Shown here: positions 24,741 through 33,573 of the stretch, in pieces | Layout of the letters: every line of letters begins with the position of its first letter | Position numbering within the stretch: the first letter of the stretch is position 1 | Virus record (IMG/VR): IMGVR_UViG_3300005077_000062 | Location: 1 to 35,232 of that record | Reading direction: 5' to 3' (one strand) | Length of the DNA: 35,232 nt | Source: a virus | Taxonomy: Duplodnaviria; Caudoviricetes | Made by a program: the position numbers and the translations under genes | Notes under the pieces: model-generated | What the model saw: the letters and a program-made list of their open reading frames with translations, nothing else | The model's database searches: none | Told to the model about the DNA's origin: nothing

Positions 24741-25029
24741 GCGGCACAAGGTTCCGCCGCCACCCGCTGCCGCTGCGACCACGGTAGAGGTCAACGTCCA
24801 GCGCGGGTTCACGCTCGTCGTGAACTGCGGTTTCGCCTCGTGGATGACGCACCAAGCCGCCCGCAGAGCCGCCAAAGAGCTATCGCTGTCGATGGGGTGT
24901 GAGGTCGTGATACGCCGAAGCCGCGCACCGGAAGAGGATGAGCCGCCGCCGCCGCCAGAGGCGCACGTTCCATGTGGAACATCAAAGCCTCATCGACACC
25001 CGCCGCCCCTCGACGCCGAGGAGTGGTGA
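24730..25029 (+). CDS. Pro-rich hypothetical protein
   Basis: GAGG RBS before GTG 24730; fills the gap between HTH and MazG genes. Confidence 0.45.
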   Translation: MGGERHKVPPPPAAAATTVEVNVQRGFTLVVNCGFASWMTHQAARRAAKELSLSMGCEVVIRRSRAPEEDEPPPPPEAHVPCGTSKPHRHPPPLDAEEW

Positions 25030-25060
25030 TACACGCAAACCAAGTGCAGGAGAGCCCGAG

Positions 25061-25510
25061 ATGGATGACAAGACGAGAGCGGTCTACTACGAGTGGGCCG
25101 AGCACCTCTACGGAGAGAAGCAGCAGATGATGAAGGCCGCTGAGGAGTTGTGCGAGTGTGCGGCAGCGATCATGAGGCTTCTCACAACGCATCGACCGGA
25201 GGCGCTTGAGGAGGCGCAGGGTGAGGTGGCCGATGCGGGGATCATGGTGCAGCAGATGAAGCGGCTCCTCGGTACTGCCGTGGTCAACACCGTGGAGGCT
25301 CACAAGCTGCGGCGGCTGCGCGGTCGCCTGATTGACACGCTTGTGGAGCGGCAGATGGAGTGGGCACACGAACTCGGCTACTCGCTTCTCCGTGAGACAG
25401 CGGGAGCGGACGCGAAGGCCGCGCTCGAAGCCGAGCCGCCGATGAGGCCGCGAGAGTGGTACTCGCGGAAGGGCGCTCCTCACGTTGGTGGTTGCGAGGC
25501 CCGGCCATGA
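25061..25510 (+). CDS. MazG-like nucleotide pyrophosphohydrolase
   Basis: AGGAG RBS; KAAEELCECAAAI...EEAQGEVADAGIM metal-binding motif. Confidence 0.75.
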   Translation: MDDKTRAVYYEWAEHLYGEKQQMMKAAEELCECAAAIMRLLTTHRPEALEEAQGEVADAGIMVQQMKRLLGTAVVNTVEAHKLRRLRGRLIDTLVERQMEWAHELGYSLLRETAGADAKAALEAEPPMRPREWYSRKGAPHVGGCEARP

Positions 25511-25737
25511 GCGCCCCGGTGTGCATGCTGTGCAAAGGGAGCGGCGAGCGGGAACGGCTGATTGGCCTCGGCCTGTTGGCGATCGTGCCTTGCTTTGCCT
25601 GTGACGGCACCGGCCGCATCGAGAGGCGCGTGGCCGTGGCCGACACAAGCTGGGACGGCAATGGCTATCTGTCGCCTGTCACGGGAGGCTGGAGAGAATG
25701 CCGCCGCCTCGCCGAGCGGCGAAAGGGGGACGAGTGA
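25507..25737 (+). CDS. Small Zn-finger protein (DnaJ-type CxxCxGxG x2)
   Basis: CMLCKGSG and CFACDGTG. Confidence 0.65.
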   Translation: MSAPVCMLCKGSGERERLIGLGLLAIVPCFACDGTGRIERRVAVADTSWDGNGYLSPVTGGWRECRRLAERRKGDE

Positions 25738-26474
25738 GCCAGAAGTTCAAAGTCGGGCGGCGACTCTGGCGGCGTGTCGGCAGAGAGTGGGTCGAGATGC
25801 AGGTGGTCGGAGTCAGCACCAACATCGGCCTCATCTCAGGCGGGCCTTCGAACGTGTGGGCGCATCCCGTGGACAAACCCGGCGAGGCTGAGATGTGGCC
25901 CGGGCTGGTGGTGAAGACGTGGCGCATGACCAAGCCCAAGGCAACGGCGAGGGAGCGCGGCGTGACACACTCCCTGCTGGTGGAACTTGCACGCAAGTGG
26001 CTGTCCTCACGAGGCTGCGTGGTGATCGTGACCGAGCCTCGTGCAGGATGGCGCAACGAAACGGGCGAGTCTCCTGACCTGCTTGGCTGGGAGGCCGACG
26101 GCACGTGCTGGGTTCTCGAAGTCAAGACGAGCCGCAGCGACTACCTCGCAGACAAGCTCAAGCCGTGGCGGCAGGCAGGGGTTGGACTTGGAAACCGAAG
26201 GTGCTACGTTTGCCCGCAAGGTCTACTCAAGGCCGAAGAATTGCCTTTCGGCTGGGGCCTCGTAGAACTCCCCGCCGAGGCAAGCGACTACCGTGCAGCG
26301 CGTCTCTCACAGGCTCATCATGGACAAGCATTCGATCACAACGAGAGGGAGAGCCTGATCTTTCTCCTCTCTGCGTGCCGCCGCCTTGGCAGCAGGGACA
26401 GCCGTGTGGTCTGCACGGCCTACCGAGTCCCGAATAAGGGAGCGACCACGGTCACGACGGAGGACGAACCATGA
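25734..26474 (+). CDS. PD-(D/E)XK nuclease-fold protein (MmcB-like)
   Basis: ESPDLLGW...VLEVKTSRSDYLAD...LPFGWGL motif. Confidence 0.7.
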   Translation: MSQKFKVGRRLWRRVGREWVEMQVVGVSTNIGLISGGPSNVWAHPVDKPGEAEMWPGLVVKTWRMTKPKATARERGVTHSLLVELARKWLSSRGCVVIVTEPRAGWRNETGESPDLLGWEADGTCWVLEVKTSRSDYLADKLKPWRQAGVGLGNRRCYVCPQGLLKAEELPFGWGLVELPAEASDYRAARLSQAHHGQAFDHNERESLIFLLSACRRLGSRDSRVVCTAYRVPNKGATTVTTEDEP

Positions 26475-26716
26475 AGCTCGACAGGCCATACCACATCGTC
26501 TGGCAGGGAGCGCGACGCATCTGCCGCGAGAGCTTCCCCAACGAGGACGCCATGAATGAGCGCTATCGAACGCTGGAGCGCATTCTCACCAGAGAGGCCG
26601 CTGCCACGCTTCACCGAGAATACCCCAAGGAGACGCAGCGAGGGCTGTGTCACAGTTCGATCAACGGGACGTTGTTCCCAAGCGAGGAGGTTCACCGTGA
26701 CGAAGCCGAAGACTGA
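26471..26716 (+). CDS. Hypothetical protein
   Basis: GGAGG RBS; ATGA overlap. Confidence 0.55.
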   Translation: MKLDRPYHIVWQGARRICRESFPNEDAMNERYRTLERILTREAAATLHREYPKETQRGLCHSSINGTLFPSEEVHRDEAED

Positions 26717-27248
26717 GAAGCCGAGCGGGATGAAGACCGTGCCGAGAGCCGATGTTCCCGCCAAGCCCGTTCCGCCAGCGCCGAAAGCCGAGACGCTCGT
26801 TGAGCGTGACGATCCGGCAAGCGACGCCGGAATTGTCGTGGACGGCGACATCGCTCCCTACTACCGACAGGTGTGTTCGCTGGTGGACAGCGCGGAGACG
26901 ATGAACAGCGGCGGCTGGGGCGAGTTCTGGCGCATGGTGCGCGGCATCGAGAAGGCGGCCCGCGAGGGTCTCGTCACCGCCGAGAAGATGAACGACGTGC
27001 TGCGGATGCAGAGCGCCATCCAGTTCGTGGACCACATCGTCGAGTGGTACACGCAGCGTGTCACGGAACTCAATGGCTGGGCCAAACGTAGCCCGCTCTT
27101 CGCCGAGCGCTACTGCTACGAGGCGCGGCTCACCGAGGCCGACGGTGTTCTGCGTGTCACGGTGGTGAACACCACCACGGGCGAACTCATCGGCGGCGGC
27201 TCCGCGCTTCCCAGCGAAGTGCTGGCCGTTCTCGACGCGAAGGCGTAG
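26697..27248 (+). CDS. Hypothetical protein
   Basis: GAGGAGG RBS before GTG 26697; GC3-rich codons. Confidence 0.65.
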   Translation: MTKPKTEKPSGMKTVPRADVPAKPVPPAPKAETLVERDDPASDAGIVVDGDIAPYYRQVCSLVDSAETMNSGGWGEFWRMVRGIEKAAREGLVTAEKMNDVLRMQSAIQFVDHIVEWYTQRVTELNGWAKRSPLFAERYCYEARLTEADGVLRVTVVNTTTGELIGGGSALPSEVLAVLDAKA

Positions 27249-27254
27249 CCGATC

Positions 27255-27749
27255 ATGCGATGCATCCTCGGCGTCGACCTCGGCACAACCTTCGGCTGGG
27301 CCCTTTCAGCGGGAGGAGTGTGTCACAGCGGGAGCGTGAGCATCGCAGTCCGCAAAGGGGAGTCGCCGGGGATGCGCGGCCTTCGATTCTGGCAATGGCT
27401 GGACGGCCTTCACTCTGCTGGGTGGAGGCCGTTTCTCGTGGCCTACGAGAAGGTGGAACACCACGGGCAACGCGGACGCACCAACACGCAGGCCGCGCAT
27501 GTCTATGGCGGGCTGGAGATGATGTTGCAGGCGTGGTGCGCCCAGCACGGGATTCTCCACACGCACTTCACGCCAGCCGAGATCAAGAAACACGCCACCG
27601 GGAAGGGCAACGCCGACAAGACCGCGATGCTCGCCGCTGCCAAGATTGCGGGCTGGGCACCCGTTGACGACAACGAAGCAGACGCCCTCTGGATTCTCGA
27701 TCTTGCCCGCAACACCTACCACACGACAACCAAGGAGACGACACCGTGA
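27255..27749 (+). CDS. RuvC-like Holliday junction resolvase
   Basis: ILGVDLG, VAYE, IKKHATGKGNADK and DDNEADA catalytic motifs. Confidence 0.85.
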   Translation: MRCILGVDLGTTFGWALSAGGVCHSGSVSIAVRKGESPGMRGLRFWQWLDGLHSAGWRPFLVAYEKVEHHGQRGRTNTQAAHVYGGLEMMLQAWCAQHGILHTHFTPAEIKKHATGKGNADKTAMLAAAKIAGWAPVDDNEADALWILDLARNTYHTTTKETTP

Positions 27750-27985
27750 CACAGGAAGAGATCGCCAAGGCGAAAGCCGAGACGGAGCTTGCCATTCTCG
27801 TGGCGTTGAACGCTCTGCAACGCAAGACCGGCAAGCGTGTCGGCTACGTCAGCACCGACACGGGCCGCAGCTTCTACCCGATGTCGGGAGAGCGAGCGCA
27901 GCCGACGACGGGGAAGCCCGCCCCGGCGTTGACGCCCAAGCCGCTGCTGGGAGTGCAGATCGCACTCGAAGACGTGAGAGCGTGA
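27746..27985 (+). CDS. Hypothetical protein
   Basis: AAGGAG RBS; GTGA overlap. Confidence 0.6.
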   Translation: MTQEEIAKAKAETELAILVALNALQRKTGKRVGYVSTDTGRSFYPMSGERAQPTTGKPAPALTPKPLLGVQIALEDVRA

Positions 27986-27988
27986 CAC

Positions 27989-28561
27989 ATGGCAGGGAAG
28001 AAGGCAGAGACGCCAACGCTCTCGCTCGTGAGTCTTCGCGTGGACGACCTCGTCCCCTACGCCAAGAACTCCAGAAAGCACAACGAGGGGCAGATTCGAG
28101 CGATTGCGGCGAGCATCAAGGAGTTCGGCTTCACAACGCCCATTCTGGTGAGCGACGACAACGTGGTTATCGCTGGACACGCAAGGCTCGACGCTGCGAG
28201 ATCGCTCAACATGGAGACCGTGCCGTGTGTGCGGTCTTCGCGTCTCACGAAGACGCAGATCGCCGCCTACAACATCGTGGACAACAGACTTGCCGAGATG
28301 GCGTCGTGGGACCACGAGTTGCTCGCCGCCGAGATCGAGATGCTTTCCAGCGAAGACTTCGACGTGAAGCTCCTCGGATTCTCGCAAGACTTCCTTGATC
28401 GAGTCCTGCTGCCGGATCGCGGGGAGTCCTCGCAGGCTGGCAACGAGAACATGAGGCCCAAGTTTTCGGTCATCGTTGAACTCGAGAACGAAGAGCAGCA
28501 GGCGAAGTTGCTCGAAGAACTCGAGGAAAGGGGGTTCGAGTGCCGAGCGTTGATGTTGTAG
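27989..28561 (+). CDS. ParB/Srx N-terminal domain protein (no HTH)
   Basis: LVPYAKNSRKH...IAASIKEFGFTTPILV...IAGHARLDAA...DNRLAEMASWD. Confidence 0.88.
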   Translation: MAGKKAETPTLSLVSLRVDDLVPYAKNSRKHNEGQIRAIAASIKEFGFTTPILVSDDNVVIAGHARLDAARSLNMETVPCVRSSRLTKTQIAAYNIVDNRLAEMASWDHELLAAEIEMLSSEDFDVKLLGFSQDFLDRVLLPDRGESSQAGNENMRPKFSVIVELENEEQQAKLLEELEERGFECRALML

Positions 28562-29694
28562 TCCACGGCCAAGCGCCAACCGGGGCGAGAGCGCGACAGA
28601 TCGAGGCGCTCTTCGACGTGCCGCCACGACAGAAGCAGACGCTTCGCTGGGTCGGCGACGTGCCGCTTGATGATCGAGAGTGGAGCGTCGGTCTCATCGT
28701 CGGCCCGTCTGGCAGCGGGAAGACAACCGTTGCCAAGCACCTATTCGGCGAGAACGCGGTTTGCAAGTCCTACGAGTGGGGCAGCGGCTGCGTGGTAGAC
28801 GACTTCCCGAAAGGGTTGCCGATGGCCGACGTGGCGGCGATCTGCCAGTCGGTGGGCTTCAACACGATTCCCGCGTGGCTGCGCCCGTATCACGTCCTCT
28901 CCAACGGCGAGAAGTTCCGCGTGGACATCGCTCGCAGACTCGCCGAACACAAGCCCGACGAGATCGTGGTGGTCGACGAGTTCACGAGCGTGGTGGACAG
29001 ACAAGTGGCGAAGATCGCCAGCCACGCTGTCGCCAAGTACGTCCGCAAGACGGGCGGCAAGTTCGTGGCCGTTGGGTGCCACTACGACGTGATCGACTGG
29101 CTCCAGCCCGACTGGATTCTCGAGCCGACGGAGATGCGCTTCCAATGGAGGTCACTTCAACGACGACCAGCCATTGAGGTCACGATGGAGAAGGTCGTCC
29201 ATGAGTCTTGGCGGCTATTCGCTCCGTTCCACTACATGAGTCACGAGTTGCACACCGCCGCCCAATGCTATTGCCTCTTCATCGACGACGCGCCCGCCGT
29301 TATCGGTGCGATGCTGCACAGACCGCACAGACTCGTCTCCGACATCTGGGGATTGAGCCGCATCGTCACGCTGCCAGACTTTCAGGGCATGGGTTTGGCG
29401 TTCGTGCTGATGGATCGACTTGCCGAAGCGTTCTCCGCTTGTGGGAAGCGATTCCACGCCTATCCGGCACACCCCGCTCTCATCAACTCCTTCAAGCGGT
29501 CGCCGAACTACAAGATGGTCCACGACGCAGGCTTCAGGACGCCCAATGCGAGGTACATCAAGGGAACGGCTCACAAGGGACTCGGCGTCGCTGGGAAGTT
29601 CGGCGGGCGACCGTGCGCCGTGTTTCAGTACGTCGGCCCGAAGATGGAAGATCGGTCGGCGGCGAGACGCTTTCTCGCCATCAAGAGCATCTGA
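28540..29694 (+). CDS. ABC-type ATPase fused to a GNAT acetyltransferase
   Basis: Walker A GPSGSGKTT, signature LSNGE, Walker B VVVDEFTSVVDR, H-loop GCHYD; C-terminal acetyl-CoA motif SRIVTLPDFQGMGLA; no TM partner nearby. Confidence 0.85.
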   Translation: MPSVDVVVHGQAPTGARARQIEALFDVPPRQKQTLRWVGDVPLDDREWSVGLIVGPSGSGKTTVAKHLFGENAVCKSYEWGSGCVVDDFPKGLPMADVAAICQSVGFNTIPAWLRPYHVLSNGEKFRVDIARRLAEHKPDEIVVVDEFTSVVDRQVAKIASHAVAKYVRKTGGKFVAVGCHYDVIDWLQPDWILEPTEMRFQWRSLQRRPAIEVTMEKVVHESWRLFAPFHYMSHELHTAAQCYCLFIDDAPAVIGAMLHRPHRLVSDIWGLSRIVTLPDFQGMGLAFVLMDRLAEAFSACGKRFHAYPAHPALINSFKRSPNYKMVHDAGFRTPNARYIKGTAHKGLGVAGKFGGRPCAVFQYVGPKMEDRSAARRFLAIKSI

Positions 29695-29709
29695 AGTTTA
29701 CACCCCTCC

Positions 29710-30261
29710 ATGGCAAAGCTGAAACGGCAGGAAACTCCAGCAAAGGCCAAGGCAGCGCCCAAGACGAAGCCAGCGGCCAAAGCTGTGACACGCAAGACGG
29801 CGGCGAAGCCCACCAAGCGACCCGCCGCCGCTGCTCCTGCCGCGCCAGTCGTGGCAGAGAAGACCGAGCGCAAGCCGTGGACGCGACTGACCGATGAACG
29901 CCTCGAGGTGATACTTCGGGGCATTCAAACGGGTCTCGGCATTGACGACGCCTGCTTGATCGGCGACGTGTCACCGGAGGCGTTGGTGAAGCTGCGAAAG
30001 CGCGACCCCGACGTGGACTTTCGAGTGAGAAAGGCTCTCGCGCAATCGAGAGCCTTTGTCGTGACACAGGCTGTCAAGCTGCTGCGCGACGGCGACGGGC
30101 CGACGATCCGCTACTGGCTCGACCGCCGCAACGTCCACTTCAACCCCGAACTGGTGGAGGCCCAGCGGCGGGCAGGCACAGGAGACGACGTGGAGAACAG
30201 CATCGAGGTCGTGGGCTTCAAGTTCGTGCCACGCAAGCGCAAGGACGAGGAGACCCCGTGA
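29710..30261 (+). CDS. terS: Terminase small subunit (with Lys/Ala/Pro-rich N-terminus)
   Basis: HTH-like GLGIDDACLIGDVSPEAL segment; overlaps the terL start. Confidence 0.7.
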   Translation: MAKLKRQETPAKAKAAPKTKPAAKAVTRKTAAKPTKRPAAAAPAAPVVAEKTERKPWTRLTDERLEVILRGIQTGLGIDDACLIGDVSPEALVKLRKRDPDVDFRVRKALAQSRAFVVTQAVKLLRDGDGPTIRYWLDRRNVHFNPELVEAQRRAGTGDDVENSIEVVGFKFVPRKRKDEETP

Positions 30262-31613
30262 GACAAGAGGTTGACGCCGAGGTCGAACTCAACCCGACGC
30301 AGATCGCCTTTGCCGAGAGCGACGCCAAGCACTCGCTGATGGTGGCGGGCATGGGCGCGGGCAAGTCTCACGGGCTTCGTGCCAAGCTGCTTCGCCGCAT
30401 CGAGCAGAACCACCGCCACATGACACGCAAGAGTCCCGGCGTGTACCTTGCTCCGACCTACGACATGATCTCCAACCTCGTGCAACCGAACCTCATGGAT
30501 CTGTTCGACGCCTACCGCATCCCGCACCGATACAAGCAAGACGACCACCTCCTCACCTTCACCTTCGGCGGGCGCGAGTGTCACATGCGCCTGCTCTCCG
30601 CTGAGAACTACGACCGATACATGGGGCCCGCCTTCCCGTTCATCGTTGGCGACGAGATCGAGTTGTGCTTCCGCACCCGCGTCTCCAAGATCGAGGTGAT
30701 GTGGAAGAAGTTTCTGAGCCGCCTGCGTGTGCCGGGAGCCACCAACAGCTTCGACGTGGCGGGCACTCCCGAGGGCTTCGGCTTCTTCTGGGAGTGGTGG
30801 GAGAACAGGCTTGTGACACAGCCCTCGCTGGCGAAGCAGTACCAGCTATTTCGCGCCAGCACCTACGAGAACGCCGACAACCTTCCCGAGGACTACATCG
30901 AGGGCTTGCTGCGCGACTACGACCCGCAGCGCATCAAAGCCTACATCTTCGGCGAGTTCGTGAACCTGACGACGGGCGCGATCTACACCAGCTTCCGCAG
31001 GGACAAGCACGTTCGGCGCGGCGTCTACGAGATGCGAGACCCTCACCTTCCGCTTGAGTTCTGCTTCGACTTCAACGTGAACCCGATGACGGTAGTCGTG
31101 TCACAGTACCAGCATCCGCGCCTTCTCGTCCTTGCTGTGTTACAACCGAGGTCGAGCCATACCGAGGACGCTTGCAACGAAGTGCTGGGAGAGTTCGGCG
31201 GGCATCCCGGCCCCTGCCTGATCTACGGCGATGCGACTTCGAAGGCACGCAAGTCCAGCAGCGCAGGCCGCAGCGACCGCGACATCATCGACGCCATTCT
31301 CGGAAAGGCGTGGGCCTCCAAAGGCTACGACACGCGGTGGACGAAGACGAACCCTTGGCAGCCTGATCGACACGCAGCCGTCAACACCTTCCTTGCCTCT
31401 GATAGGGCGCTGATCGATGAGGAGCGCGGCAAGCCGCTGGTGATCGACCTCGTGAGACAAACCTACCGGGAGGGCACACGCGAAGAGGACGACCAAGGAG
31501 GGACGCTGGGCCACGCCGCTGCCGCATTCGGCTATCGTGTCTTCCGCGACTTCAAGGCAGGGCCAACGATTGAAGAGCGCATGAGCGGCAGAGGCAGGAA
31601 GAGTGCAGCGTGA
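30258..31613 (+). CDS. terL: Terminase large subunit
   Basis: Walker A AGMGAGKS, YLAPT, Walker B IVGDE, GTPEG, ASTYEN, nuclease FCFDFNVNPM and YGDA. Confidence 0.93.
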   Translation: MRQEVDAEVELNPTQIAFAESDAKHSLMVAGMGAGKSHGLRAKLLRRIEQNHRHMTRKSPGVYLAPTYDMISNLVQPNLMDLFDAYRIPHRYKQDDHLLTFTFGGRECHMRLLSAENYDRYMGPAFPFIVGDEIELCFRTRVSKIEVMWKKFLSRLRVPGATNSFDVAGTPEGFGFFWEWWENRLVTQPSLAKQYQLFRASTYENADNLPEDYIEGLLRDYDPQRIKAYIFGEFVNLTTGAIYTSFRRDKHVRRGVYEMRDPHLPLEFCFDFNVNPMTVVVSQYQHPRLLVLAVLQPRSSHTEDACNEVLGEFGGHPGPCLIYGDATSKARKSSSAGRSDRDIIDAILGKAWASKGYDTRWTKTNPWQPDRHAAVNTFLASDRALIDEERGKPLVIDLVRQTYREGTREEDDQGGTLGHAAAAFGYRVFRDFKAGPTIEERMSGRGRKSAA

Positions 31614-31902
31614 GACACGACAGGAGGCTCGTGTGGATCAGAAGACCAAGAGGATGCTCAAGCTGTTGGAGACGCTTCACGAGAGCGGCGTGGTGTCTTC
31701 GAGTAGGCTGCGGATGGTGCGAATCCATTGCGCCTACTGGGAGCTTCGTGCAGCAGATGTGCATCCGACCCCTGCGCGTGACATCGTAGCAGATGCGTTC
31801 GGTGTCACGCCCGACACGGTAGAGACTTACGCGAAGAGGAGGAACCGCTACTCTCTCAGCGGTGAGGTGATAGAATCATCCCTTGACAGCGAAGGGCAAT
31901 AG
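31603..31902 (+). CDS. Small HTH protein between terL and portal
   Basis: ARDIVADAFGVTPDTVETY helix-turn-helix pattern; exact start uncertain. Confidence 0.55.
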   Translation: MQRETRQEARVDQKTKRMLKLLETLHESGVVSSSRLRMVRIHCAYWELRAADVHPTPARDIVADAFGVTPDTVETYAKRRNRYSLSGEVIESSLDSEGQ

Positions 31903-31916
31903 AAGGACAATCAGCC

Positions 31917-33437
31917 ATGAGCATCGGCGCATTCACCAGCACTCTCGGGTTCTCAGCGCAGTCGCAATGGGCAGCGGATGAGAAGCGGCGTCGTGACGCG
32001 GCGGTGGCGCGTGAGACAGTCTACTACCATTGGCATGATGAACTCCTCGCCCTCGTGCAGGCAGAACTCAGCCGCGTGAGCGACGTCAACCTTGACACGA
32101 TCCCGTTCCAGCCGCTCAATATCTGCGGGCGCATCATCAGCGACCTCGCGATGATCTACAAGAAGCCTGCCCGCCGCCGCGTTGGCGACGTTGACCCCTA
32201 CGAGGGGATCAAGAGCAACATCAACGTGCAGGCGCGGGCATGGGATGCGCTGGCGCGGCTGCACAATACCGTGCTCGTGCGGCCCTTCTGGTGGAAGGAC
32301 GAGGAGCGACTCGAGTACCGCATCTACACTCCGGCGCACACGGAAGTGAAGTGGCGTGAGGACGACTACACGCGCCCTGAGAGCGTGGTGTACTACACCA
32401 GCAGGCTCTCGCCGAGCGGCATGTACGAGAGTATCGCCTACGAGTGGACCTCTACCGATGCTCGCATGATTACGGCAGAAGGTGAGGATGTGATCGACGG
32501 GCTGCGTGATACAAGCAACCCGTATGGAGAGCTTCCCTTCGTGGTGCTACGCCTGCAAGACATGGGCGACTTCTGGGGAGAGGGAGCGACCGAGCTGACG
32601 CAAGCCAACGTGCAGTTCCTCGCGCAATGGAGCCTGCTGCTCGAGAACGCCCAGCAGCAGGGGTTCTCCATCCCCTTCGGCATCAACACGGGACTCGGGC
32701 GCAGGGTTCTCAGCCAGAGCGAGACGGGATCGAACGAACTGCGAACGGTCGGCATCGGCCCACGCAAGGGCATCTTCGTCGAGAACGTGGCAAGCGAAGA
32801 GGCAACGCCAAGCCTCACGTACATCACGCCGCAGCCGCTTCTCGACGCCACGGGGCGGCTGCTGGACAAGAGCCTGAGTCTCGTCTGCTGGAGGTACGGC
32901 CTCTCGATGGACCGGCTCGCGATCATCAAGAGCGATGCGGGACTCAGGAACGGGCAGTCAGGCGTGGCGAAGGCGCTCGACAACGCAGACCTCGAAGAGA
33001 TCAGGGAAGCCGCGCTCGAGACCTACCGCGAGTTCGAGAGCGAACTCTATCGCGTGACCGCCATGGTGCTTGCGAAGGACGGCGGGCCTACGCTGCCAGA
33101 CCCGAAGGAGTTTCGCATCGACTTCGCCGAGCTTGATGTCAAGCGCACCTTCGACGAGATCAAGGCCGAGAGGGAGTTCAAGCTCGCAAACGGCATGGCG
33201 ACGGTGCCCGAGTTTATGGTCGAGGACAACCCCGACCTCAAGCTCCCTGACGCGCAGAAGAAGTGGCGTGAGAACATGGCGCTCAACGAGGAGTTGACCC
33301 TTGCAACCGGGATTCGAGGAGCACTACAACCGGACGACGAGCCTGCACGAGAAGGTGAGGACGCTGACGAAGGAAGGGATGCCGAGACCGAAGGCGAGGG
33401 CGCTCCTGACCGAAAAGGGAAGGGCGGCTTGGTTTAA
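31917..33437 (+). CDS. Portal protein (SPP1-like)
   Basis: 506 aa after terL; NPYGELPFVVL, SGVAK and FRIDFAE motifs; acidic tail. Confidence 0.88.
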   Translation: MSIGAFTSTLGFSAQSQWAADEKRRRDAAVARETVYYHWHDELLALVQAELSRVSDVNLDTIPFQPLNICGRIISDLAMIYKKPARRRVGDVDPYEGIKSNINVQARAWDALARLHNTVLVRPFWWKDEERLEYRIYTPAHTEVKWREDDYTRPESVVYYTSRLSPSGMYESIAYEWTSTDARMITAEGEDVIDGLRDTSNPYGELPFVVLRLQDMGDFWGEGATELTQANVQFLAQWSLLLENAQQQGFSIPFGINTGLGRRVLSQSETGSNELRTVGIGPRKGIFVENVASEEATPSLTYITPQPLLDATGRLLDKSLSLVCWRYGLSMDRLAIIKSDAGLRNGQSGVAKALDNADLEEIREAALETYREFESELYRVTAMVLAKDGGPTLPDPKEFRIDFAELDVKRTFDEIKAEREFKLANGMATVPEFMVEDNPDLKLPDAQKKWRENMALNEELTLATGIRGALQPDDEPAREGEDADEGRDAETEGEGAPDRKGKGGLV

Positions 33438-33573
33438 GGCCGTCCGCAAGTTCCTCGTGCAAGTGGCTGGCGAAGCCTTGCGAGAGGCGGATGCGCTCGG
33501 TGATACATTCGGCAAGGAAACGAGGGCGGCGTGGCGGAAGAGATCACGGTCAAGTGGCCGAAGCTCAACCTGA
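33301..33573 (+). CDS. Possible overlapping small gene between portal and morphogenesis gene
   Basis: GAGGAG 7 nt before TTG 33301; spans the otherwise empty 33438-33530 gap. Confidence 0.4.
   Translation: MQPGFEEHYNRTTSLHEKVRTLTKEGMPRPKARALLTEKGRAAWFKAVRKFLVQVAGEALREADALGDTFGKETRAAWRKRSRSSGRSST

Noticed and set aside
28540-29694. ABC transporter
   Set aside because: No permease or substrate-binding gene nearby; the ATPase is fused to a GNAT domain.
18748-29694. AtaRT/TacAT-type toxin-antitoxin pair (DUF1778-like RHH plus GNAT)
   Set aside because: The genes are about 10 kb apart and the GNAT is an ABC-fused type, not a stand-alone toxin.
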